A DNA stretch of 64,000 nt, from positions 83,824,001-83,888,000 of the forward strand of contig OX597814.1 of the NCBI GenBank assembly GCA_951406725.2. Direction: 5' to 3'. Origin of the DNA: Octopus vulgaris. Taxonomy: Eukaryota. Below, one piece after another: positions 1 through 17,014 of the stretch. Each line of letters starts with the position of its first letter. The stretch's first letter is position 1. Made by a program: the position numbers and the translations under genes. Under the pieces are notes generated by a model. That model saw only the letters and a list, made by a program, of their open reading frames with translations. It had not been told where the DNA came from and made no database searches.

Positions 1-8
1 TGAAATAA

Positions 9-478
9 TGGCAAGACTTCCTTTTCTACCCCCCCCCCCCCCAAAAAAAAACACCCCTTGTTTTACTTAGTTTTTTTCCTTTTCCTACACAAACCCCCAT
101 TTTCGGCTACGGAGAATACGAATCTGCAAAAAATTTGGCAAAAATCGGCATTTTGAAATCCCCCCCTCCCTCCGCTAAATTCTTCATTTAAAACTTTTTT
201 CAGAATTTTTTTTTTTTCAAAATATGCAGAGAAATAGGGAGATTATGATTCGGAAAAAAAAGTTTCTAGTTAGGGTTTTAGGGTTAGGGTTACGGAAAAA
301 AGTGAAAAATGAAGAAATTGGGGGGGGGGGGCACAAAATTCAAAATTCCGATTTTTTGCAATTTTCCGGAATCTCCGAATCTCCGTATCCGAAAACGGGG
401 TTTTGGCAAAAATAAGTTTTGAAAACAAGACAATAATTTGCGAGAAAAATGGGGTGGTGGACGGGAGGAAGTCTTTCC
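9..478. mobile_element. MITE with GG-initial TIRs and internal TTAGGG repeats
   Basis: GGCAAGACTTCCT...AGGAAGTCTTTCC termini flanked by (G/A)AAATAAT on both sides; TAGGGTT repeats at 270-292. Confidence 0.6.
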
Positions 479-1604
479 AAAATAATTCCCAGAATAGTAA
501 TCTCTGTATTTTACTACAAGGATTAAAAAAAAAGTTTTAAAATTAAAAAAATTGGGGAGGGTGGGGGAAAATTAAAATTTTGAAAACGTGATTTTTGGCC
601 AAAACTGTATTCTCCAATATCGAAAACAGAAATCCGAAAAAAGTTTTGAAAAAAAAAACACCGATAATGAGTGGTGTACACATTCTTTACTTCCGTCCTA
701 TTTTTTTCTCTAGTTATATCTTACTGGCTTTTAATAAATAGAGAAGGATCCATTGAGTAATGAGCGAAAAATAGAAAGCAAAATTACCATTAAATGAAAC
801 GATACTAGTTTGACAAAATGAACGTGAAACGATTAACACTAGTATCACCTTTGACAGGACTATTGCGGTGCTTTGGAGCCAACATTTTAAAAGTTTACCT
901 TAATACCAGAAATAGCCGATAGATTTCTCTCAACATTCTACTGTGTTTCAAAAAGATAGGAGTAATGAATGAAGGAAGTTTGCCATCTACTAAACGAAAT
1001 GATATTAGTTTGGCAAAATGAAAGTGAAGCGTTGAACTTTAGGTTCGCCCTTGAATCCATTATTTCATAAGATAACCTTAAAAATGAACTGTCTTACATA
1101 AATGATTTTATTTTGTTGTGATTGTTGGTATTATTGTTACACATTTAAACTATGGTGCAAGTGAGCCTTTATATGTTTACTCGACATACTTAAAATAGCA
1201 GCGAAATATCTTTCAAATCCTGTACTGTCTTTGACAATACTGATACATTGGATTTGTAGGGACTGCACTTGGCACTGTCTGAGACTTGAAACCAAATCTT
1301 CCTGCTTGTTTTGACAAACAACAAGCAGATAAATTTGGTTTGAGAAAACGATGGGAGTAGTTATTGACGAGTATCTTATTTTTGAATTTGTTCATAAAGA
1401 GTAGTGACATTGTTGTCTACGATGACATTAGTACATATACTACAAAAGCTGTCGAAAAACACTTTGAGTATTATCTAAATCAGTGGTTCTCAACTGGTGT
1501 CCATATGGCCCTTGGATGTTCTTATAAGGTTTAGTTCTAAAAAATTAGATGCAATAAATAAATCAATTATGCTTCTACAAACAGAAAAATTAATGCTTTT
1601 TAAT

Positions 1605-3880
1605 GAAACTCTCAACAAATAACTGCTTAGATCTTGTAGATTGAGTGTATGTAACAATTTGTTGCCAAAAAATTTTCCGCGGGCTTGGGGAGAGAAGTTT
1701 CGGAAAATTCACAGGACCCTATACCTTTCAAACAGTATAGATTATGATTACAAAGAAATTTGTTGACAAAATTTTTTGCAAGGGAACGATGGGGAGGAGT
1801 TTCGGATTAGATGGTCCACATAAGCTGGAATTTCTCCGTTTTGACGGGGATTTTTTCCAATTTTGTTTTCACCACAATCTTTGGAATTATGGGAGGCATC
1901 TTTTCACGTAAAAAAAAACATATTTTGAAATTTATGATTTTTTTTACGCCCGCCAGTCCGACTGATTTTGGCCAATTTTTTTTTCCCTACATGGAGAAAC
2001 ATTTTCGGTTAAATTTTCAGAGGAAAATGTGTGATTTAAAGGAGATCTGGCTGTTTTTTCTAGCACATCCCAATACGTCCCTCCTCATTTCTCATTCTCT
2101 CATCTATTGATGTTTTTCAATATTTTACTTCCAATAAAGCAGCGAGCTGGCAGAAACGTTAGCACGCCTGGCAAAACGCTTTAACGATATTTTGTCTGTT
2201 TTTACATTCTGAGTTTAAATACTGCCAAGGTCAACTTTGCCTTTCTTCCTTTCGGGATCAATTAAATAAGTACCAGTTATGCACTGGGATTGATGTAATC
2301 GACTTAATCCCTTTGTCTTGTCCTTGTTTCTGCCCTCTATATTTAGCTCCCTGTGGGCAATAAAGAAATAAATATTTTACTTACAATAAACACATTTTAT
2401 GGAATGATGATGCCAAAGTAACACACGTGTGGTCCATTGCTGTGCAAGGAAAAAAGAAATGGTAATTGAAATTTTTACTTGCACCCCAGCCATGTGTATA
2501 AGAAAAAGGATCTTTTATTTTGGTTGCCAACGGCTCCAAAAATTAAAGAATGTGTTTGTGGCATACAACTGGCTAAAATTACCAAAGTTTTCGAACTTTA
2601 ATTACTAATAACTCTTTATTTATTGATTTATAGCGAAAAGTACTTTCACATCATTAATTAGCCTATAAAAGTGTATCATTACACTCAGTGGTGGACTGGG
2701 TCTAAAAATATTGGTTACCAGGAGACTAAGGGGGCCCACTCGCAATTACAATGCTATCATTTAGTTAGTTTCTTTGTTTTTGGGGGTTTTTTTGGTCAAA
2801 AGTATTCTTTTCAGCTGACTATAAACACAACCCAGGCTGAAATAATGCATTCTTTCAAGAATAAAAAATTCCCAAACTTGAAGGGATGAGCTCCTTAGAT
2901 ACTAACATGGGACCCCATATATGGATTCTAATGGCACAGGGGGCCACTTAACATTGGGCAAGCTGGCAACCTGGCCAGTCTGCCATTGATTAAACTGAAT
3001 ATGAAATCAGTTCGAGCAGAAAATTTACGCTGGCAGCTGCTGGCAACCAAACAGAAAATATCCGGAAAAAACATTTTCTAACAGAAAATTATGCTATCAA
3101 AATAAATCACTCTGGATAAATCCTGGCAATAATCTCAGGCTCTCCAATATTTTAGAATTATAAACAGAAACAATCTGGGGCAGGGATAAATTTTCAAATT
3201 TTTCTTTTTTTTTTTTTACGGCATAAATATGTTTATGGGGGAAAATATTGAAAAACACCAATACATATTTGAGAGAGAAAAAAACAAGGAGGGTGGTCTT
3301 GGGATGTGTTAGAAACTCCCTTAAATCACACATTTTCCTCTGAAAATATTAATTTTTTTTTTTAACTGAAAATGTTTCCCCCCATGGGTTTTAAGTATGT
3401 AGTGAAAAAAAAAATTGGCCAAAATCAGTCTGGACTGGGGTGGTGCAAGTGAAAAAAAACATAAATTTTCAAAATTATTATTTTTTTCTTTGTGAAAAGA
3501 TGCCTCCCATCACTCTGAAGACTGTGGTGAAAAAGATTGGCAAAAAATTCCCTTCAAAATGGAGAAATTCCAATTTATGTGGGCCATCTGATCTTAAACT
3601 CTGCCTCCTTGCAAAAAATTTTGCCAACAAATTTCTTTGTAATCATAATCTATACCATTTGAAAGGTATTTGCATAAAATTTCATTAAAAGATACCTATT
3701 TTCCTGGAAGGTATGAGGTAACAAACTCGGTGGTCTACACCTGAAAGTTATGAGGGGGAAAATGGGTTGTGTGAATTTTTCAAAACTTCTCTCCCCAACC
3801 TCTCGGAAAAATTTTTGGCAACAAATCATTACATACACTCAATCTACAGGATCTAAGCAGTTATCTTTTGAAAGTTTTGT
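1605..3880. repeat. Diverged long inverted repeat (arms ~1605-2400 and ~3220-3880)
   Basis: For example AACTGCTTAGATCTTGTAGATTGAGTGTATGTAA at 1621 versus its reverse complement at 3829-3862. Confidence 0.8.
2139..2370 (+). mobile_element. tRNA-derived SINE with ~20-bp TSD
   Basis: GAGCTGGCAGAA...GAGTTTAAAT box A/B-like head; TSD AATATTTTACTT(C/A)CAATAAA at 2119 and 2371. Confidence 0.8.
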
Positions 3881-3973
3881 TCTGGAAGTTATGAGGCAAC
3901 AAAGTTGGGGTGGGGTTTCACATCTGTAGTTATGCCAAGGTCCATAGGAAAAAAATGGTTGAGAATCACTGAT

Positions 3974-4365
3974 ACTCTTTTACTTGTTTCAGTCATTTTA
4001 CTGCAGCCATGCTGGAGCACCACCTTTAGTCGAGCAAATCAACTCCTGGACTTATTCTTTGTAAGCCTAGTACTTATTCTATCGGTCTTTTTTGCCGAAC
4101 TGTTATGGGGAAGTAAACACACCACCATCGGTTGTCAAGCGATGTTGGGGGGACAAACACTGACACACAAACATATACACACACATACATATATATATAT
4201 GCGACAGGCTTCTTTCAGTTTCTGTCTACCAAATCCACTCACAAGGCTTTGGTCAGCCCGAGGCTATAGTAGAAGACACTTGCCCAAGGTGTCACGCAGT
4301 GGGACTGAACCTGGAACCATGTGGTTGGTAAGCAAGCTACTTACCACACAGCCACTCCTGCGCCT
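3974..4365 (-). mobile_element. tRNA-derived SINE (second family)
   Basis: Minus-strand head GGCGCAGGAGTGGCTGTGTGGTAAG...GGTTCAGTCCC; related copies at 6490-6800, 11490-11700 and 52290-52540. Confidence 0.78.
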
Positions 4366-4959
4366 GATCTAAATGATTTTGTTGGAAAACAATGATTTGG
4401 GAAGAAACATCTTTTAATGATTGGAGATAGAACTAAATAAAGCAGTGTCAATATGCTACTGAGCAATCTGAAAAATAACATCTTCATAACAGCTCATCTC
4501 AAGACTTAAGATACTCTTTACTATTCTGTTATGAAGCATGATTTGGTCACTGGATGACAAGGCTCGTTTAAATATGTGTGTGTGTGTGTGTGGAAGAGAG
4601 AAATCATATTGTTTATAGCACTTCACTCATCATTTTTATCATTAGAATGACAAATTAATTCAGGATTATGATTTCTTTCATTTCTTTTTTTTTTTTTTTT
4701 GTTAATATATATCCATTTCTAATTCTGTACACCAATTGTTTAGCCACAAGTCAGCCCTGATTGAGCAGACCTATGACCAAAGCATTCCAGTTGTGATTAT
4801 CCCAACTTATTTTCAGATCATTTATCCAAGACTGTCATCCAAATAGTGTCTGTTCTCTTCCTAAAGATGGAATGATGTGGTTTGAGGAGATCTTAGCTGG
4901 TGATGTGGTGGTTCTAGCAAGTTGAGTGACTATGTAGAAGTTCTTTCAGGGATGAATTT

Positions 4960-6495
4960 CATGCAGGTGTAGTTTAAAAAGTATGAGTCAGAGGATGGAT
5001 CTTTGTGTGCTCCATTTGTGAAATTGAAAATTCTGGATGTGTTTTTATATTAATCTAAGTCTGGCAAACTGAGTGTTGTTTATGAAGGAAGTGTTTAGTA
5101 TTTTGTATATAAATGAATAGTGAGTAATGGATTAAAAGCTTTGCTGATATCTGATAATTAGGGTAGTAGGGAGGTTGGTATAGTTAAAACAATTATAATT
5201 TTTATACAATGTTTGTGTGTAGCATGGTATTCTTAATCCATGTATTGATTTGTAGAGAAAATTATGTAGTTAACGATATCAAGAATGTATCATTTAAAAA
5301 TGTTTGAGAGTGTGCAAAGGAAGGTGATCAATTTGATGCTACTTGAAATTTCCTTAATGTTTTTCTGGAGTCTTCTAGAAGGAAGTGGGGTTGAATTCCT
5401 TAGCCAGTGAAGGAGTATCAATATCAACAGTGAAGGAGTATCAACACTACTTGCTAGAACTGACACCCTAATGTATTTAAAAAGTTTGGTCTTCCAGTTT
5501 AAAATGGATGAATATACTGGATATGATATGCCAAGAAAACAAGAACAAAAGGATAAGATTGTCACAGCTTGAACTGAATGCTTGTCAATAAAAATTTGAC
5601 AAGGTAGTGGTCCAAGTAACATTCAGTACAACACTGAAGTTGAAGTAAAATGGATGAAAGCATAAAACCCTGACCATGTCATAAATCTGTTCAAGTCTGT
5701 TAAAGTCATGCTTCTCAATGGGGTGTTTAATTTTATATATCTCAGTTCTAACTCCTGAGAAAGAGATACAAGATCAGCTTAAAAAGATACAGGTATTTCA
5801 GCCAAGAGAAGAAAAACAAAATAAATGACTGAGGGATAAAGATTTTAAGATGCTGAAGATCTTCATCTTTTATATTATTATCATTGCTGTGTTTTTGCTT
5901 CAAACATACATTGGAAGAGTCCATACAATAATTTTCATTATATGTGTTCCCATTGTTCATATTAAATATAAAATTATCATTTTTGTAAAGGTCTTCACAC
6001 TTTACTTGAAATGCTGAATAGAGGTGTCCCCTAATTACTTCATTCCATTCCTTTGTTCTTGCTATATGATGCCTCTCTGACAGACAATCGTTGTATAATT
6101 TACTTTTGTTTTTCTTGCATTCCTAATTGCACCACAACCAAAAAATATACTGAACAACCATTGTCATCCTCATGGTCTTTCTTGTATTAACATCTGTTTT
6201 CCATACTTTCATGGATTGGAGATGTCAGCAATACAGCATGTTACTATTACTCTTTTTTTTTTTACTAACTACTGAAGGAGATTATTTGTAGCTTTTTGTC
6301 CTCATTTCATAAACTTTGGTAGAGTGAGAGAATGAGATGGCTGGATGATTAATAGTGAAGTCAGGAGTGTCTTGAGGTTAGAACAGTTATGATTGTTATA
6401 ACTGAAGAAGAGGCAGATATTAATTTTGGGGTTGGAATAGGATTCTGTCAGGCATTTTAGCTCTGAGGTGAGAAGTATGCTTCTCGACCACATAG
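4960..6495 (-). mobile_element. Highly decayed non-LTR retrotransposon (RT remnants)
   Basis: Minus strand SDISKAF (DxSKAFD-like) near 5140 and a degenerate GxxQGSILxP-like segment near 5000; many stops. Confidence 0.45.
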
Positions 6496-7577
6496 TTATG
6501 GGTTCAGTTTCACTAGTCCCAGGCTAACCAAACCCTTGTGAGTAGATTTGGTAGATGGAAACCAAACAAAGCCCATGTATAATATGTGTGTGTGTCTTTG
6601 TGTTTGTCCTCCACCACTACTTCACAACCAGTGTTTGTTTGTTTATGTCCTCATAACTTAGAACTTTGGCAAAAGTAACTCATAGAGAAAGTACCAGGAT
6701 TTTAAAAAAAATTAAGTACTTGGAGTGATTTGTTCATCTAAACCTTTCAAGGCATTACTCCAGCATGGCCACAGTCCAGTGGCTATAACAAATAAAAGAT
6801 GAAGTATAAATCACATGACTGCAGGCACATTACTTAGGCTTTAGTTGACTGACAGTAAACCAGCTGAAAATAGATTACAAATTGTTTCAGTCCAGTTGTC
6901 TCAAAAATTTTTCTTCTGTAACAGTAATTCTCACAAGTTCTATTTCATTTCTCTATGTTTACTATATACCTCAGGCCCCATCTATCATCAGTAAGCAAAT
7001 ACATTTTTTGTCTTGTATAAAGAACTATTTGTCACCACTTTTAATTACACAACCTTTTCCTCATCTGTTACCAATTAGCAGTTCAGGATCTCTTGTATAC
7101 AAATAACTACTATTCATCACATCTTTATTGCAGTATCCCCACTTACGATATAATGTCACTTTTTCCTTCACTGAATACATATTTTCATATTTTTACATTT
7201 TTTTTTTTTTATATATCATGCATTTTATGATCAATGTCATTGGCTATGCACTTTCTTCTAATATATCATCTTAAGCACTTAGTTTAAGATATCAGAGGTA
7301 TGGAGCATTGCTCAAAAGAGAGGATTTTTTATAGTCAGTTTGAGGTCCCAGTGGTTTTCTTTTCTATCATTTTCTTCTATACTAAATATAGAAAATAATC
7401 TCTCACTGATAAAAGTGTATCTATGGTTGTGATTAGTGGTACATAACATTTAAACTCTTGCTTTCTATGCTTGACAAGAGATATAACCTATTTAGAATTA
7501 TCCCAAATGTACATATAGAATCACTAAAATAGTATTTATTTTTCTAAAGCATTTAGTCAAGAACTCATCTACTTTAT

Positions 7578-9054
<1,477 letters not shown>

Positions 9055-9064
9055 TATCCATATA

Positions 9065-10996
<1,932 letters not shown>

Positions 10997-11744
10997 TTTC
11001 CTCTATTTACATAATATTGAGGTCTCTTTCTTTCTTTTGTTATCTTACTGTTTTTACCAATATACATATATATATATATATATAAATATATATATAGTTA
11101 CAGAGATGTACTTGCATAGCAAGTGACTTGATCTGAGATCGTGTGCTGGAACAAAAACAGTTGCAGCATTGAAGGTGTTTATAAGCCATTTAAGAAACAC
11201 ACAAAAACACTTCAACATTTAAAGTTAATTTGTCAAAATATTTTCGTCGCTTTGAGACCGCGACCTGTTAGCACAATATTTTTGTCAGTGAACAGGTCGC
11301 GGTCTCAAAGCGAGGAAAATATTTTGACAAATTAAATTTAAATGTTGAAGTGAATCTAACGGTTTTTGTGTGTTTCTTAAATGGCTTACAAACACCTTCC
11401 ATGCTGCAATATATATATACACACACATATATATATATGTATATATGTGTGTATATGTGTATGCATGTATGTGTGTGTGTGTGCGTGTCTGTGCTTGTGA
11501 TTGTTCTCCACCACTGCTTGACAACGAATGTTGGTTTGTTTACATCCCTGTCACCTAGTGGTTTGACAAAGGAAACAGATAGAATAAGTACAATGCTTAC
11601 AAAAATAAAACTGGAGTTGATTCATTAAACTACAATTCTTCAAGGCATTGCCCCAGCATGGCCACAGACCAATGGCTGGAAAAAGCAGAAGAATAAAAGA
11701 ATACATTCTCTGCTTTGGTCTTATGTTCAAGGCATGAGAAAGCT

Positions 11745-12035
11745 TGAGTTTACATGAGAAGGCCTAACAGACCTGGTAAAAACAGCAGCCAAATCTCCCT
11801 CAAATCACACCTTACTGTCTTATGTATGTATATATATATGAGCCAATGAGGGGGACCTCTACATGGTAGCTAGACCTGGTAGAAATAGCAGCCAAATTTC
11901 CCCCAAATCACACCTTACTGTCTTATCTATGTATATATGTATGTATGAGCCTATGAGGGAGACCCCTACATGGCAGCTAGACATGGTAGAAATAGCAGCC
12001 AAATCTCCCTCAAATCACACCTTACTGTCTTATGT
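11745..12035. repeat. ~110-bp tandem repeat x3
   Basis: AGCAGCCAAAT(C/T)TCCC(T/C)CAAATCACACCTTACTGTCTTAT occurs three times. Confidence 0.8.
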
Positions 12036-12049
12036 ATGTATATATATAT

Positions 12050-12396
12050 ATACATACATGTGTGTATAGATGAATATATAAATACATTTAAATATCTATA
12101 TACACTTTTGGGCGATCTTTCTGCTTCTTAGAGATAACTTTAGATGTTATATTCGTCCTAAATAACTTTGTATGAATTGAAAAAGTAAATGAATTGAAAT
12201 TCTAAAAGAAAGGAATTTGTTTACATACATGTGTAAAATGGCAAATGTTTGTGCAGTTGTCCGATGGAACTGATGTATTATAATGAATAGTCCTTCTTGT
12301 GAATATTAATTTGATTAATATGAACTGAAAACCAGTGGTGTAGCATAGGTGATCTTCTAGCAAAAAGGATGACCAGTCTGAATGGGTCGTCCCTGT

Positions 12397-12428
<32 letters not shown>

Positions 12429-13009
12429 CACACACACACGTTAGCTTACAATGTCTGTCAACAATTGACACTGTCATATATATTAGCGTGTCTATGTGTC
12501 TAATGAGGAAGTGGGAGTAATAGGCAGAGTAAAGGCTTCAAAGTGAAATGTTAAAATATTGAGTTTTCTCGAATTTTGTCTTAATTGGGGGTGAAATTGA
12601 AAGAAATTTTGTATGGCATGAACCAATGGAAGTTCTTTGAAAAATCATAGGTAAAGTCTAATTGAAGAAATTGTGTGAGGAGTAAATCATTATGTATTTA
12701 TTTGTTTCTGTTTGCTGCTTTCTTTTTAAATATTACATCTAGTTTCACTTTATTCATTGCACACTGTGTGTGTGCGTTTGCGTGTGCTGTAAACCAGACT
12801 AAGAAAAGCATTTGACATACACACCAGAATGTGAGTTTTCTGTCAATTTTGCTTAATTGGAGTTTAAATTTTAAAAACTGGACCTGGCATGACCCGATGC
12901 ATTCTACTCTTAAAAATGCTAGGTAAATTGTAATTGAAGAAATCCTATATTGTAGATTTGTATAACTTACAAAGGGAGGCAGATAAAATCTGCCTTTTAT
13001 AATAAGAGA
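12050..13009 (-). mobile_element. 3'-truncated copy of the same Helitron family (5' part)
   Basis: Shares the TCTCTTATTATAAAAGGCAGAT terminus and the internal 166-bp repeat sequence. Confidence 0.8.
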
Positions 13010-13395
13010 TATATACATATATATCCATATCCATATATATATACAAATATATATATATATATACAAATATACATATATATCCATATATATATACAAATAT
13101 ATATATATATATATATACAAATATATATATATATATCCATATATATATATATATCCATATATATATACAAATATATATATATATATATATTTGTATATAT
13201 ATATATATCCATATATATACAAATATATATATATATCCATATATATACAAATATATATATATACATACATACAAATATATATATATACATACATACATAT
13301 ATATATATATGCATATATATATACATATATATGTATATATATATATATACATACATATGTATATATATATATATACATACATACATACATATATA

Positions 13396-13445
<50 letters not shown>

Positions 13446-13481
13446 TATAAATACAAATATATATATATATATATATACACA
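13010..13481. repeat. Compound (TA)n microsatellite
   Basis: Low complexity; source of the spurious YI-repeat ORFs. Confidence 0.95.
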
Positions 13482-14575
13482 TCATCATCATCGTTTAACG
13501 TCCGTTCTCCATGCTAACATGGGTTGGACGGTTCGACCGGGGATCTGGGAAGCCAGAAGGCTGCACCAGGCTCCGGTCTTATCTGGCAATGTTTCTACAG
13601 CTGGATGCTCTTCCTAACGGTCGGATTGGTGCATTTTACGTGCCACTGGCACGGAAGCCAGTCGAGGTGGCACTGGCTTCGGCCACGATTCAGATGGTGC
13701 TTTTTACGTGCCATCGGCACGGTAGCCAGTCGAGGCGGCACTGGCATCGGCCACGATTTGGATAGTGCTTTTTACGTACCACCAGTCCAGGGGTCCTGGC
13801 ATCTGCCGGGTGCCAGTCATAGGATTGGTTCAATTTCGATTTCGATTTCTCTTGCCCCAACAGGATGAGGTTCGATATCAACTTCGCTTGCCTCAACAGG
13901 TCTGTGTGTGTCCAAGGGAGGAAAGGCATGCGTAAGTGGGCTGGACTCACTTGTCCTGCCTGGTCTTCTCACGTACAGCATATTTCCAAAAGTCTCGGTC
14001 GTTGGTCATTTCCTCAGTGAGGCCTAAAGTTTGAAGGTCATGCTTCACCACCTCGTCCCAGGTTTTCCTGGGTCTACCTCTTCCATGGGTTCCCTCAACT
14101 GCTAGAGATTGGCACTTTTTCACACACCTATCTTCATCCATTCTCGCCACATGACCATACCAGCGCAATCGTCTTTCTTGCACACCACAACTGATGCTTC
14201 TTAGGTACAACATTTCTCTCAAGGTACTAACGCTCTGTTGAGTATGTACACTGACATTACACATCCATTGGAGCATACTGGCTTCATTCCTCGCGAGCTT
14301 ATGCATGTCCTCAGCAGTCACGGCCCATGTTTCACTGCCATGTAGCATGGCTGTTCGTACACATGCATCATACAGTCTGCTTTTTACTCTGAGCGAGAGG
14401 CCTTTAGTCACCAGCAGAGGTAAGAGCTCCCTAAACTTTGCCCAGGCTATTCTTACTCTAGCAGTTACACTTTCAACGCACCCACCCCCACTACTGACTT
14501 GGTCACCTAGATAACGGAAGCTATCAACTACTTCTAGTTTTTCCCCCTGGAAAGTGACGGAAGTTGTTTTCTGCA
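13482..14575 (-). mobile_element. 5'-truncated RTE LINE (RT C-terminus + 3' UTR)
   Basis: ORF 13947-14627 is highly similar to 33720-34330; (CAT)n tail at 13482. Confidence 0.92.
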
Positions 14576-14626
14576 GATTATATATATATACACACACACA
14601 CACATATATATACATACATACACACA

Positions 14627-14667
<41 letters not shown>

Positions 14668-14668
<1 letters not shown>

Positions 14669-14865
14669 GTTAATCCAAACAAGAAAACACAGAAAAAAAC
14701 ACAGCAACGCGAGGACTTGGAACAATTAAAGTATTATTAGACGCTCAGGAAAGAAGGGAAGGAGGGTTTAACGTTTCGAGTGGAGCTCTTCGTCGGAAAC
14801 AAAGGAGAAGGGAAGACAGAGGAAAAAAATTTTTTTGCTGGTGGTGCTCAAGAGATCACATGTTG
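14668..14865 (-). mobile_element. Penelope-like terminal fragment with minimal hammerhead-like motif (14764-14800)
   Basis: Minus strand GUUU-CCGACGAA-GAG cucca CUC-GAAACGUUA-AAC; a partial homologue lies in the opposite orientation at 25493-25597. Confidence 0.45.
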
Positions 14866-16255
14866 AAAGGTGTATATATATATATATATATATAATATAT
14901 ATACACACACACATATATATACATATATATATAATTGACATTAAATAATGGTGATGATCTTGTCATTCATTGACAAATATCATTTTCCCATATGCAATAT
15001 CAATAAAAATTAGGTTATTTAAATATATGTGAAGCAAAAGTATGATGTACACAGTCACGTTTGTACAAGAAATTCGATTTATGTGTAGTGTAAATAGTGT
15101 TAATAAATATATCTCATTTCAGGAGATAATGCCTTTTGATATTCTGATCTATTAAAACATGAATCATAATGAGAATAACTTGAGAGAAGAAGTCCATTTG
15201 GAAAGAGTGGTGTCAAATTGCTACATCCTGTTTTCTAATCTCATGGCCATTACTCAGTTTTATCAGCATATAGGTTCAAGTCTGTGATGATGCGAAGTCT
15301 TATTCATATCCAGCTTGAAAGTTGACTTCTATTGGTTGCTAGTAAGCAAGGTTCCCATAAGGTATGCCAGGTTATATGCTAGAAATCAAAAAGTACTACT
15401 GCATAAATCACTAGAGATATGGGTTTGGCAACTCTGCCAAGGTTAACTTTCATCAGTGACTCCTTTGCTCCCTGGTTTTATTTTTTCATGATGTTATTTT
15501 CCAGGTCAGTTAGTTGGAATTGACCCACAGCAAAAGCTTGTTTGTGATGGCAGTAGATTATTTTAGATTTCATTTCAATTGAACTTTGCTTCAAGTATCC
15601 AATTTTTCACACACAGTGCCAGAAGCTACATAATCCACAGGAGTTGGGACAGGCTGTGTCAACAATCGTCCTTATCATCATCATCATTGTCTAACATCCA
15701 TGTTCCATACTGACATCTCTGTCTCCTTCTAAGTTAGCACTACTTGAGATTTAAGTAGGGACAAGTATGTGTTTCATTGTCAGCTACATGCAATAGTCCA
15801 GCATCATATCTTTGGGAGAAGATCTCTAAGATTTCTTTAGAAATTGGAGTTGGGCTCTACTCCCATGGACCTTAGTAGTCTGAAAAAAAATTTGCTTTCC
15901 CAGTTTCAGAAAAAAATGTTTATTCACCACCTCATAAAACATTGTGGTAAAAAGAGAACAGAGGAAAGAAACAAAACTGTATAATTTCCTACTACTTTGA
16001 ACTTGCTACTTACTGCTCCAACATACAACTGATTTATTTATTCATTATTCATTGAAATATTTATTCATTACACTAATATTTCTGTGTCCCCAATAATATG
16101 TGATCCATTTACTGTAGAGTCTATTGAAAATGAAAGATTAAGAATAGTCAGTGAAAAAGCTTAAAAATGAACAAAATGAACAGAGTTGTCCCAGTTTCAT
16201 ACTTCAATGGATAAATATTTTCAAGTTTTAGATATCACTAGCAGAATTATGATGA

Positions 16256-16777
16256 TTATTCAGGCAAATATTGATATAAGCTTACGGTGGGAAATAAGGA
16301 CTTAACGATCAAACGTGTGCCATTGCATTGTTTTGGGGGAACCAAATTTCTCATGAGCATTATAGGGGCACCAACTTTAAGTTTGAGAAAGTGTGGTGGT
16401 AGTCCGGGGTGCTCAAAGGAATTGAGTACCTCTATTGGATAGTTGATGACGTCCTCTGGGTCAGGAGTTGTATCAATAGACTGATATACATAGACTTCCC
16501 CAGGAATGAGTTTTAGCATTTCATCATTAATATGGTGAACAGTTTTATTCCTCGGGGCCAGTATAGCCTTTTTGCCAATCCAATCCATATTCTGATAATT
16601 AGCTTGTAGATCTGGGAACACTGCATCTCTGAGATCAGAAGGCGTCTTAACAATGGTACAAATGGAATTGATGGCAATATTACCATTTTCATCCCCTGGT
16701 ATTTTGCCTTCGCCAAGTGCAAGGAGGGTGTGAGGAAATGCTGCTGATGTGATATTACGTCGCATATGAGCACGCAT
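16256..16777 (-). pseudogene. Helitron PIF1-like helicase fragment, second copy
   Basis: Near-identical to 9888-10409. Confidence 0.85.
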
Positions 16778-17014
16778 ATTGGTGTGAAGTTTGAGAGTTA
16801 CTTCCCTTTATTAAAAAAAATATGCATTAAAATGGAAAAAATGATGGTAAATTATTTGTAAAATCATAGACTCATGCTAATACCCAGAAGGGCTCGATAT
16901 GAATCACGACTATAAGATACCCGGTTTTGGTTAAACTGCATCGCAAAATGTGGGAGTAGTTAGGAATCTAAATCGGAGTAGACAGACGCACAACCTTTCT
17001 TTTATATATAAATA

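Larger units (their letters stand above)
1481..3971. mobile_element. hAT (Buster/Charlie-type) non-autonomous element containing long inverted arms
   Basis: TIRs CAGTGGTTCTCAAC / GTTGAGAATCACTG. 8-bp TSD ATCTAAAT at 1473-1480 and 4367-4374 (displaced by a SINE). Confidence 0.75.

Noticed and set aside
5746-5830. Possible plus-strand exon (CAG|TT CTA ACT CCT GAG AAA...CAG|GT)
   Set aside because: Lies within a decayed minus-strand LINE; no partner exons or homology recognised.
12698-13617. Long Y/I/C-rich ORFs (up to 260 aa)
   Set aside because: Translations of (TA)n microsatellite; the same applies to 23320-23786, 8888-9124 and 11285-11628.
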